A stretch of 32,000 nucleotides of DNA from Candidatus Saccharimonadota bacterium. Lineage in GTDB: Archaea; Micrarchaeota; Micrarchaeia; Micrarchaeales; Micrarchaeaceae. The stretch is taken from assembly GCF_002214165.1 (NCBI RefSeq), contig NZ_CP019964.1, positions 480,001-512,000 on the forward strand. The letters run 5' to 3'. The notes under the pieces were generated by a model that worked only from the letters and a program-made list of their open reading frames with translations, ran no database searches and had not been told where the DNA came from. Positions 23,422-32,000 of this stretch are shown one piece after another (the stretch's first letter is position 1; each line of letters starts with the position of its first letter). Both the position numbers and the translations under genes were made by a program.

Positions 23422-24792
23422 TCATTTCGGAGGGGCGACATAGAAATCGATCGGCCTTCCCAATGCCCCTTCCGCCGCCTCCTCGAGCCCTTCGCTCATC
23501 GTTGGATGCGGGTGTATCGTATCCGCTATGTCCTCAAGCATGGCGCTCATTTCTATTGCCAATGTCGCTTCGCCTATCACCACATCCGCGTTCTGCCCTA
23601 CGATTCCTACACCTTTTACCACACCGTTCTCGTCGTATGCGATCTTTGTAAACCCTTCGGTGGCGTCATCCGCTATGGCCCTTCCGGATGCGGAGAACGG
23701 GAACTTTATCGTTTTTATCCCGTCTCCCGAAAGCTTGCCAACAACCGCAATCTCCGGATCCGAGAGTATCGTCTCAGGCACTACGACATTGTCGAACTCG
23801 GAGTTCAATCCGGATGCGGATTCCCCTGCAATAACTCCCTGCCTGAGCGCTTTTGTCGCCGACATCGGCTGCCCGACTATATCGCCCGAGGCATAGATGT
23901 TTGGATCGGTTGTCTGCAGATGGCTGTCAACTTTTATGTAGCCCTTTTCGTTGAGCTGCACCTTTGTGTTGTCCAATCCAAGCCCTTCAGTGTAAGGCAC
24001 GCGTTCGGGCGACAGGGCGATTATGTCCGCTGTAATCTCCTTTCCGCTTTCAAGTGTTATCTTTCCATCGGAATACGACTTAATCGGATCCTTCTCGTAT
24101 ACTTCGACACCCATGTCCGCAAGCTTCTTCTTGGGCACTGCGATCAGCTCCTGGTCAATCCTTGAGAAGATTCCTTTCTCAGATATCACATATACTTTTG
24201 AACCGAGCTTCGCGAACATTGAGCTGAATTCTATAGCGGCATAATCGTCATTCACTATTGCGACGCTCTTCGGTATATAGTCCAAGGAAAGCACTGACTT
24301 ATGGTCAAGGACTTTCACTCCGTCGACCTTTAATTTTTCAGGCTGCTCGAGCTTTGTGCCAGTGGCTATTATCGCTTTCTTGAAGTTGAGGGTTACCCCA
24401 TCGCTAAGCTGCAATGAATTTGATGAAAGGAAGGACCCCATAGCGTTGAACACCTCAATCCCGTGCATTTTGCACAATGACTCGACTCCGGAGGACAGCT
24501 TCTTTGAAACTCCCATCCTGTATTCGTGGGCTTTCTTGAAGTCTATCTGTGGACTTCCCGTTATCCCAAGGTCCTTGTTTCCTTTCGCGTACTGGAATTT
24601 GTCCGCGATGTTTATCATTGTTGCCGCGGGTATGCATGTATAGTTCAAGCAGCTTCCTCCAAGCTTGTCAGCTTCTACAAGGGCAACGCTCTTTCCGAGT
24701 TCCGCTGCCCTTATCGCCGCAGTATATCCTCCTGCTCCTCCTCCTATTACTACTACATCCACTTCTTCAGGTAAAGATCCTACTACTCCCAT
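23422..24792 (-). CDS. lpdA: dihydrolipoyl dehydrogenase (E3)
   Basis: FAD motif VVVIGGGAGGYTAA. Redox disulfide GGSCLNYTCIP. C-terminal HPHPTMSE. Confidence 0.9.
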   Translation of the reverse strand: MGVVGSLPEEVDVVVIGGGAGGYTAAIRAAELGKSVALVEADKLGGSCLNYTCIPAATMINIADKFQYAKGNKDLGITGSPQIDFKKAHEYRMGVSKKLSSGVESLCKMHGIEVFNAMGSFLSSNSLQLSDGVTLNFKKAIIATGTKLEQPEKLKVDGVKVLDHKSVLSLDYIPKSVAIVNDDYAAIEFSSMFAKLGSKVYVISEKGIFSRIDQELIAVPKKKLADMGVEVYEKDPIKSYSDGKITLESGKEITADIIALSPERVPYTEGLGLDNTKVQLNEKGYIKVDSHLQTTDPNIYASGDIVGQPMSATKALRQGVIAGESASGLNSEFDNVVVPETILSDPEIAVVGKLSGDGIKTIKFPFSASGRAIADDATEGFTKIAYDENGVVKGVGIVGQNADVVIGEATLAIEMSAMLEDIADTIHPHPTMSEGLEEAAEGALGRPIDFYVAPPK

Positions 24793-24811
24793 AATTACAC
24801 CAATCTATAAA

Positions 24812-26107
24812 TTAATCCCCCATTTCAAGGAACTCCGGATCCTCTATATAGCCTTTCAGCTCGTTCCCGAACTTTACGGCCTCTGCCCCATCGACTACCC
24901 TGTGGTCGAATGTCAGTGTGAAAGGAAGTATCTTCCTTATCTCGACCTTTCCATCAACCGCTACTGGCATGTCCTTCATCATGCTGAAAGCGAGTATTGC
25001 TACGTCGGGAGGGTTTATCATAGGGATCCCTATGAATCCGCCGCCCAAGCTGCCCGCGTTCGTTATGGTGAACGAGGAATCCTTCATGTCATCCAATGTT
25101 ATCGTGTTGGCATAAAGCTTGTCCCTGAGGTCCGCTAGATCCCTTGCTATCTGGACTATGCTTTTCTTGTCGGCATCCTTTATCACGATAACCTTCAATC
25201 CGTCCTTTGTCTCCGCACCGAGCCCTATATTGTAATAGTGCTTCACCAGTATCTCCCTGTTTACCGGGTCGTAGCTTGCATTGAAGTGGGGGTTGTCCTT
25301 CAATGCGGCTACTGTAGCCTTAATCAATATTGGCAGGAATGTCAGCTTTATGTTGAACTGCTTCAGGAACTTGTCCTTCGCTTCGGAGACGATCCTGTTA
25401 AGCTCGCTCGCATCTATAAGGTCTATGTGCGATGCCCTTGGTATGGTCCATGACGCCTCCATGTTCTTGGCGATTGCCTTTCTCACCGGGGATAAAGGCA
25501 CATGCTCGATCTCCTCTCCATGCTTCTCCGCAAGAATCTCAGGATGCCTTGGCTTCTTCAATACGTCGGATGTCTCCTTCGCTGCATCCCTTACATCGAC
25601 TTCCATTATCCTTCCGTTAGGGCCGGTACCTTTTATCTGTGCAAGGTCGACTTTCAGCTGCTCCGCGAGCTTCCTCACGAATGGAGTAGTCAATATTTCG
25701 GGATGTGGTGCACCTTGTTGGGTTGGGGAGGATGCGGGCTTGGTCTCAGCTTGGGGCTTTGCCGGTGCTCCAGCACTTGCTTCTTGAGTCTTGTTTTGCT
25801 CCTGTGCTTTTGGTGCACTTGGCTGAGGAGCTGCCGCTCCTGCACTAGGCGCATTCTTAAGCTCATCAGGAGTGCCGACATATGCGAGTATGTCCCCTAC
25901 CTTTATGTCAGTGTTCTCCTTTGCGACAACCTTTACCGTGCCCCCTTTTATCGAGGGTATATTGACAACTGCTTTGTCTGTTTCAACCTGCATTAATGGC
26001 TGGTCCTCCTTTACTTGGTCCCCATCCTTTACAAGTATCTTCTGAATATGCCCTTCTGTTATACCTTCTCCTACATCTGCAAATTTGACTGTCTCCATTT
26101 TTACCAC
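24812..26107 (-). CDS. dihydrolipoamide acyltransferase (E2) of a 2-oxoacid dehydrogenase complex
   Basis: Lipoyl-lysine motif VETDKAVVNIPS. Ala/Pro-rich linker and a peripheral-subunit-binding region (GTGPNGRI). Catalytic DHRVVDGA. Confidence 0.9.
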   Translation of the reverse strand: MVKMETVKFADVGEGITEGHIQKILVKDGDQVKEDQPLMQVETDKAVVNIPSIKGGTVKVVAKENTDIKVGDILAYVGTPDELKNAPSAGAAAPQPSAPKAQEQNKTQEASAGAPAKPQAETKPASSPTQQGAPHPEILTTPFVRKLAEQLKVDLAQIKGTGPNGRIMEVDVRDAAKETSDVLKKPRHPEILAEKHGEEIEHVPLSPVRKAIAKNMEASWTIPRASHIDLIDASELNRIVSEAKDKFLKQFNIKLTFLPILIKATVAALKDNPHFNASYDPVNREILVKHYYNIGLGAETKDGLKVIVIKDADKKSIVQIARDLADLRDKLYANTITLDDMKDSSFTITNAGSLGGGFIGIPMINPPDVAILAFSMMKDMPVAVDGKVEIRKILPFTLTFDHRVVDGAEAVKFGNELKGYIEDPEFLEMGD

Positions 26108-26116
26108 TTAAAAAAT

Positions 26117-27091
26117 TTATGCTGAAAGCAAACTATCAATCGCTTGTGAAACCCTCTTCTCATTTGGAATCCAGTAATTCTCGTATCCCGCAAACGGTAT
26201 AGGCGTGTGGAATCCTGCGACACGTAGTATAGGCGCTTTGAGTTCAAACATCGCCTTCTCTGCTATCACAGCTGACACCTCCGCACCTACACTGAATGAT
26301 TTCTGGTCCTCATGCACTATAAGCGCTCTGCCTGTCCTCTTGACGCTGTCCAGTATTGTCTTCTCATCCAACGGGTTTATCGTCCTAAGGTCTATCACAT
26401 CAGCGGAAACCTTCTTGTCTTTCACCGCATTCTGGACTACTGGTGACATTGTACCATAGGTTATTATAGTAATGTCGTCTCCGTGGTTGACAACGTTTGC
26501 CTTTCCTATTGGGACCTCGTAACTGTCTTCCGGCACCTCCTGCTTGAACATCCTGTAAAGCTTCGTAGGCTCTATGAATACAACAGGATCGTTTAAGTGG
26601 GAAGCCGATATAAGAAGCCCTTTTGCGTCATATGGTGTCGATGCCTCTATAACAACCAATGATCCTATATGTGAGAACAACGCTTCCGGGCTTTCAGAAT
26701 GTATCTCGGGTCCTCCAACCCCACCGCTTGCGGGGAACCTTATAACCATAGGTATGGGCATCTTTGACCTTGTCCTTGTCCTGAACCTCGCCGCATGATG
26801 CATTATCTGAGAGAACGCCTGGTATGAAAATCCACCGAACTGTATTTCGGGGAACGGGTGCATCCCTCCCAATGCCATACCAACTGCAGTGCCTATTATG
26901 GAATTTTCAGCCAAAGGCGTGTTCATTACCCTTGTGGGCCCGTATTTGTCTAGCAGCCCATCGGTCACCCTGAATACCCCTCCGTCCTTTGCTACATCCT
27001 CTCCCATTATTACTATATCCTCGTTTTCGGCGAGGCAAAGATCCAATGCATTATTCAACGCAGAAATCATATTCGCCATCATTTTATCCAC
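26117..27091 (-). CDS. 2-oxoacid dehydrogenase E1 component, beta subunit
   Basis: Transketolase-like pyrimidine-binding and C-terminal domains (GEDVAKDGGVFRVT...NTPLAENSIIG...IDLRTINPLD). Confidence 0.9.
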   Translation of the reverse strand: MDKMMANMISALNNALDLCLAENEDIVIMGEDVAKDGGVFRVTDGLLDKYGPTRVMNTPLAENSIIGTAVGMALGGMHPFPEIQFGGFSYQAFSQIMHHAARFRTRTRSKMPIPMVIRFPASGGVGGPEIHSESPEALFSHIGSLVVIEASTPYDAKGLLISASHLNDPVVFIEPTKLYRMFKQEVPEDSYEVPIGKANVVNHGDDITIITYGTMSPVVQNAVKDKKVSADVIDLRTINPLDEKTILDSVKRTGRALIVHEDQKSFSVGAEVSAVIAEKAMFELKAPILRVAGFHTPIPFAGYENYWIPNEKRVSQAIDSLLSA

Positions 27092-27101
27092 CTATTAAAA
27101 T

Positions 27102-28184
27102 TCACTGCCAGAAATTATTCTTGACTGCTTCGTCCTCCTCCTCTTTCAATGAATCAGGCATAAAGCTCAATGCGGTCTCGAATATGGACTTTGGATCCGG
27201 CTTGAATTCCTTGATCTTGTCCATGGCATCGTCAAGAAGCTTGTTGTGCTCTTCCTTCATCTTCGCTTCCATGTCATCGTTCCAAAGCTTCTTCGAAACA
27301 AGGTACTTCTTCATCCTTGTTATAGGATCTTTGGGCTTCCAAGGGTCAACTTCGGATTCCGGCCTGTACTTGGTTGGGTCGTCTGCCGTAGTGTGCATTC
27401 CCATCCTGTATGTCAATGCCTCTATTATGTATGGCCTGCCGCCTTTCTTTATGCTGTCAATCGCATCTTTCGTCGCCTTGTATACCGCAAGGACATCGTT
27501 TCCGTCAACCTGTATCGTGTCCATCCCAACTGCGAATGCTTTCTGCGCCAGTGTCTCCGCAGCTGTCTGCTGGCTCCTTGGGACTGATATCGCCCATTCG
27601 TTATCCTCTATTATTGTTACCAAAGGGACTTTGTTTACGCCCGCAAAGTTCATCCCCTCGTAGAAATCGCCTTCGGATGTTCCTCCATCACCTACATAGG
27701 TAAGCACGACATTGGGCTTCTTCTTGTACTTCAATGAAAATGCGACTCCCGCAGCATGAGGTATTCCTGCACCTACCGGCGCTATCTCCGGTCCCGAATT
27801 GTTTACCGCACCGAGCTGGAATCCTTCCTCGTATCCCTTGAAGTAAAGGAATATTGAATATATTGACACCCCTTTTATTATAAGTGAAAGGTGCTGCCTG
27901 AATGTTGGTATTATCCAATCATCCTTTGTAAGAGCGTATGCACTCCCCGCTTGGGTTGCCTCTTCTCCGTAAATAGGGACTATCGTTGGCATAAGGCCCG
28001 CCCTCTGCAATGCGACAAGCTTGTCGCTCATTTCCCTGCCTAGGTTCATGTATTTATATAATTCGACAAGGTCCTTGTCCGTAAGGTCCTTGGGATATAG
28101 ATCTTTGTCGATGTTTCCATTCTCATCCATAACTTGGATGTATTTAACAGACCCATTAAAAACCGTTTTCTCCATTTTTCCCAC
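27102..28184 (-). CDS. 2-oxoacid dehydrogenase E1 component, alpha subunit (TPP-binding)
   Basis: TPP motif YVGDGGTSEGDFYEGMNFA...IIEDNEWAIS, and YRMGMHTTADD. Confidence 0.9.
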   Translation of the reverse strand: MGKMEKTVFNGSVKYIQVMDENGNIDKDLYPKDLTDKDLVELYKYMNLGREMSDKLVALQRAGLMPTIVPIYGEEATQAGSAYALTKDDWIIPTFRQHLSLIIKGVSIYSIFLYFKGYEEGFQLGAVNNSGPEIAPVGAGIPHAAGVAFSLKYKKKPNVVLTYVGDGGTSEGDFYEGMNFAGVNKVPLVTIIEDNEWAISVPRSQQTAAETLAQKAFAVGMDTIQVDGNDVLAVYKATKDAIDSIKKGGRPYIIEALTYRMGMHTTADDPTKYRPESEVDPWKPKDPITRMKKYLVSKKLWNDDMEAKMKEEHNKLLDDAMDKIKEFKPDPKSIFETALSFMPDSLKEEEDEAVKNNFWQ

Positions 28185-28311
28185 CGATATGTTTTTAAAT
28201 TAAAAAAATATAAACGTTCCCTTTTATATGATTCTTTGGCTATGCATTCGATTTCCGTCTATCAAATGCCAAAAATAGTGCCTTGTTTTGCATGTAGCTA
28301 TTGCAAGCTTT

Positions 28312-29124
28312 TTACCCTTGGATGGCTGAAGATTCCTTATCCTGGTTGTGCAATGCTTTCACAAGGATTGCATATGCAAGTATCAACGAACTTGCTATTG
28401 CTATCAAGTATAGTATTGAACGGAATTCCACGTCAAAAGAGGGCAGGAACACGTTGATGCCCTCATACCCTATGTAGACAAGTATTGCAAATCTCAGCGA
28501 GAATCCAACGGCATTCGTGATGAAGAACTTGAGAGAATTCATCTTCAGGGTCCCTGCTGCAAGCGAAGTTACATTCTTGAAGTACGGGACGAATGTGGCA
28601 ATGAATATGGAGGCTATTCCGTGGTTGCTTATCCAGTCATCAGCAACTGAAATGTCCCTTTCCGTAATGCCGACATGTAAAAGCACCTTTAGAAGGAGAG
28701 GCCTTCCTGCAAATCTGCCTCCGAAATACTCGATTGCGGTAAGGAACATCATCGCAAGCACCGCAACAATGAATACCAAATAAACGTTAAAGTAGTTCAG
28801 GGATGCCAAATACCCATAGAACGGCACTAATAGGTAATCGGGAGGAGGAGCAAATGCTATGATCAGGAATATACCCAAATATCCGAGGTAATAGAACGGG
28901 CTGAATACCTTCACTTCGCTGCTGTAGTAATCCTTGTAGTTGAAATAATGAAAGTATCCGTTGGTTATTCCAAGGGCGGAGATCACGATGCCAATTATCG
29001 CAACAGTCGCTATATAGTAGAAGTATTTGGAAATCTTGCTGTTTACGCTTTCAATCCTTATGCGGGAAGTTCTGCTTGCCGGCAGCTTGCGTATCTTATC
29101 GGATTTTGAACTTGCTGCCGGCAT
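28312..29124 (-). CDS. DedA / SNARE-associated family membrane protein
   Basis: Polytopic, with LVPFYGYLASL and NHGIASIFIATFVPYFKNVTSLAAGTLKM, typical of the DedA core. Confidence 0.75.
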   Translation of the reverse strand: MPAASSKSDKIRKLPASRTSRIRIESVNSKISKYFYYIATVAIIGIVISALGITNGYFHYFNYKDYYSSEVKVFSPFYYLGYLGIFLIIAFAPPPDYLLVPFYGYLASLNYFNVYLVFIVAVLAMMFLTAIEYFGGRFAGRPLLLKVLLHVGITERDISVADDWISNHGIASIFIATFVPYFKNVTSLAAGTLKMNSLKFFITNAVGFSLRFAILVYIGYEGINVFLPSFDVEFRSILYLIAIASSLILAYAILVKALHNQDKESSAIQG

Positions 29125-29261
29125 TTTGCTTTACCTTTTATAATTTAATTTCATCAAAAGCATTTTGCATTTGTAGTTTAAGATTTTAAATAATATCCTT
29201 TTATCTGGTTATTTTATGTTAATTTAGCAGTAGGTACTTTTGGAAAACTTTTAATTTTTGC

Positions 29262-30170
29262 TTATTTTGTATTTCTGCTTGTATCCTCTTCAATAAGATG
29301 CTCAAAGTATGCTTCATTTGCAATTTCTCTAAACCATCTATTTATTCCTGTACCTAATGAACTCCCTGTATATATACCAATATTAAAATTGCTTAGTTTG
29401 AAATTGCAATTCTGTAAATACTTATAGTACAACCACGTGTCTTCGTGACCATTTATAAATGTATCATCAAATACCTACCATCAATATGTTTAATAAAATT
29501 TGCATTGATGGCAAGAAAACGCCTTGAAGGTGCCTTATTCTTATTGACTGTTTGTACATTAAATTTTTATAGAAAAACCGTTACTTTTAAGATTCAAAGT
29601 TTCAAATTTTACCTTTAATTTATTCTCAATTAATTTATAATTCCTTCTCAAATAGAAAAACAATCTAAAGATATTTATTAATCTTGGTTTTGCTAAAACC
29701 TCATAATTAGAATAAGCATTAGATTTAGGAAAGAATAATGTATCATAGTTTTCACTTTCTTTTAACTCATTTATCAATTTTGATACATCATCAATTTTGA
29801 ACATGTCATCGTTTGATATTATTATCCACCTTGGATTGTATTCCATAGCCTTGCTTACTCCTGTATTTACCGAAAAGGCATAATTGAAATAGGGATTTGG
29901 TTTTTATCTGGATTCTCAGCAAATATTATATGTAATCCATCAAAAATCTACTTGCACTTTTTTGGCCATTTTCCATTTGAATTAATTGTTGGTATTACAA
30001 CAATTGCATAATTGTCGGCATCTTTATTTAATTCAATTAAATTAGGCATCATTTTTGGTCGGTGTTTCATCCATTCTATTATTTCTTCTTTACTTTTAAA
30101 AAGTCATAAAATTTATTATATCTTTAAGATTATTGCTTGCATAAAGTTTGTTTAAATCTTCGTCATTCAC
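29262..30170 (-). pseudogene. decayed family 2 glycosyltransferase gene (in-frame stop plus frameshifts)
   Basis: Hand translation of the minus strand gives GT2-like pieces in different frames. These are ...NYAIVVIPTINSNGKWPKKCK* (stop at 29948-29950), FDGLHIIFAENPDKNQ..., SVNTGVSKAMEYNPRWIIISNDDMF... (track ORF 29559-29846), RRFLAINANFIKHIDG..., and FDDTFINGHEDTWLYYKYL...NTK* (stop at 29262-29264). The 5' limit is uncertain. Confidence 0.65.
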
Positions 30171-30233
30171 ATGTTATCAACTTAAATCAATTTTATCGAC
30201 TTTTAAACTGATAGTAAATTATTTATAAATTAA

Positions 30234-31259
30234 CTAAACTGTTAGCCCTTCTCTTTCAACTAAGATTGCTTGAGCCTTTGACTTGCTTATCCTATTCAAT
30301 ATAATCAGTATTATAAATAAATCTAGTTTACCGCAATAGATTAAATAGGGTATGGAGAAATTTTTAACATAATCCATTAGTTTGCTAATTTTTATATCTT
30401 TTGAATTTAGAACTCTATAATCTAATTCATTTCTTATAGCACGTGAATACAAAGCTTTTAAAGCAATTTTTTGATTTGTTTTCAGTAAGAAATCCTTAAA
30501 TAAAACATGATACATTTTATACTCTCTATCGTAATGCCCATTCCTTCCAAAAGGATTTGACCTTGAAGTATTATTTTTGTGTATCCTGTAATTTGTTAAT
30601 TTTAAATTATCGCATAGAATTTTGCCTTTAATCGACATTGCGAGATATCCAAAAAAATCATCAGGATCAGTAATAATCTTTTTAATATAATCTATATTAT
30701 TTATGGAAATTTGCCTTTTTATACTGACACAACTTAAATTGAAATAATATCCGAATAGAACAAACTTATAAATATACCTTTTACTTGAAGTAGGTATGAA
30801 CCTCTTTATGTTTATATTGGGCATTTTAAGTGGTTTGTTATATTTATCTTCATAATTTACCTTAAAATCATTATGATAATATACTAAATCTTTATATTTT
30901 GAAAACATTTCACTTACCACTTTAAGTTTTCTTCTTTCAAATGTATCGTCATCATCTAAGAAAGATATTATTTCTCCTTTTGAATGAATGATTCCCAATG
31001 CTAAAAATTGCCCTACAGAACCTTCTTTTTTATATATAATTTTAATTCCTTTGCTAATCCATTCTTTATCAAATTCTGTAATAAAATTCTTTACTATAAT
31101 TATCTCATAATTATGTTTTGGGAAATTTTGATTTAAAACAGATTGCACTGCATATTTAAGAAATTGCTTTCTATTATAAGCAGTTATAATTATTGATATG
31201 ATTGGATTATTCTTATTTTGCTCTTTTAATTTTATTATTGAATTAGGGGTTTTTTCCAT
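30234..31259 (-). CDS. family 2 glycosyltransferase
   Basis: ISIIITAYNRKQFLKYAVQSVLNQ and SFLDDDD. It is a clear paralogue of 5821-6858. Confidence 0.85.
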   Translation of the reverse strand: MEKTPNSIIKLKEQNKNNPIISIIITAYNRKQFLKYAVQSVLNQNFPKHNYEIIIVKNFITEFDKEWISKGIKIIYKKEGSVGQFLALGIIHSKGEIISFLDDDDTFERRKLKVVSEMFSKYKDLVYYHNDFKVNYEDKYNKPLKMPNINIKRFIPTSSKRYIYKFVLFGYYFNLSCVSIKRQISINNIDYIKKIITDPDDFFGYLAMSIKGKILCDNLKLTNYRIHKNNTSRSNPFGRNGHYDREYKMYHVLFKDFLLKTNQKIALKALYSRAIRNELDYRVLNSKDIKISKLMDYVKNFSIPYLIYCGKLDLFIILIILNRISKSKAQAILVEREGLTV

Positions 31260-31290
31260 TTTTTAACACCTTTTTATAAATTCTAAATTT

Positions 31291-32000
31291 CTATTTTATA
31301 TTAGTCTTTTTATATTCCAAGTATTTATTTATTATTTTCAAATATTGTTTTTTGAAATTTTCATAGCTAAATCCTTGGCTATGCTTCCATGCATTGTAGC
31401 TTATCTGCTTATAATTTTTCTTTATTTTGTTTATTAACTCTGGAATCTCATTTATATCCTTAAACAAATATCCATTATATCCATCTTTTACTAATTCATC
31501 CATTGCAGTTCCTTTTCTTACTAAGACAGGGAGGCTGTGAGCTTCTGCCTCAATAAGGGGCATCCCAAAACCCTCATGATGGGAATTGCTTATGTATATA
31601 GTAGCTGGATTTAGCTCATTCTCAAAGTCATCAATTTTACTTGATAAGGTCGCATAATTATTTACGTTAAATCTAAGGGCTTCTCTATATTCGTCTTTGA
31701 ATTCTCTTGTTTGATAATTATCTCCAAATATTCTTATTGGGATTTTGTATTGGTTGCAAGCTCTCACCAACTCTGGGATCCCTTTGTTTAAAGCATACCT
31801 TCCCCAACTTATTAAATGGATCGGCTTTGTATACCTTTCTTGGTAAGGTAACTTATATTTATGGAATAATGGCAAAATATAGATATTATTTGACTTAAAG
31901 CCCAAATCAGCAATGCTCTGCTTTATAAACTGACTTTGTACTATAACAAAAGGATTCATATCTAATATAGATTGAAGCATTGTTTTGGAGTATATATTAA
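31291..32000 (-). CDS. family 4 (GT-B) glycosyltransferase, C-terminal part; probably continues past the window end
   Basis: EGFGMPLIEAEAHSLPVLVRKGTAMDELVKDGYNGYLF is the GT4 EX7E-region signature. The frame stays open from 31980 to 32000 (NIYSKTM...), and 229 aa is short for the family. Confidence 0.8.
   Translation of the reverse strand, partial: NIYSKTMLQSILDMNPFVIVQSQFIKQSIADLGFKSNNIYILPLFHKYKLPYQERYTKPIHLISWGRYALNKGIPELVRACNQYKIPIRIFGDNYQTREFKDEYREALRFNVNNYATLSSKIDDFENELNPATIYISNSHHEGFGMPLIEAEAHSLPVLVRKGTAMDELVKDGYNGYLFKDINEIPELINKIKKNYKQISYNAWKHSQGFSYENFKKQYLKIINKYLEYKKTNIK

Noticed and set aside
1-32000. Scan for CRISPR arrays, rRNA and tRNA genes.
   Set aside because: I saw no regularly spaced direct repeats, no rRNA-like conserved blocks, and no intergenic region with convincing cloverleaf potential. 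This was a by-eye scan. tRNAscan-SE or Infernal and a CRISPR finder should confirm it.

Overview
The window looks like archaeal chromosome, most likely from a Thermoplasmatales-like organism. That placement is an inference from three things: the three enzymes specific to the Thermoplasma-type mevalonate route, a four-gene 2-oxoacid dehydrogenase operon, and AT-rich TATA-like boxes about 25 nt upstream of start codons. Genes are tightly packed.

Left to right:
- a hypothetical gene
- a BofA-like small membrane protein
- two SAM methyltransferases, the second Trm5-like
- a TnpB-only IS200/IS605-type element with matching end hairpins
- a HAD hydrolase, a GT2 glycosyltransferase, a YdcF/DUF218 protein and a 2H phosphoesterase (ThpR/LigT)
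- a 909-aa UvrD-type helicase fused to a PD-(D/E)XK nuclease
- a pathway-ordered operon: mevalonate 3-kinase, mevalonate-3-phosphate 5-kinase, mevalonate-3,5-bisphosphate decarboxylase
- an uncharacterised block: an internally duplicated protein plus two tandem HExxH (zincin-like) paralogues
- a minus-strand run of membrane and YbjQ genes, ending in a tandemly duplicated pair of nucleotide pyrophosphatase/phosphodiesterase (NPP)-type alkaline-phosphatase-superfamily genes
- the E1alpha-E1beta-E2-E3 operon and a DedA membrane protein
- from about 29.1 kb, a sharply AT-richer glycosylation island with a decayed GT2 pseudogene, an intact GT2 and a partial GT4

I saw no CRISPR array, rRNA or tRNA.

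The best candidate for something undescribed is the 13.9-17.4 kb block, which I can only describe and not name. All calls rest on motif reading by eye. No database search was run.
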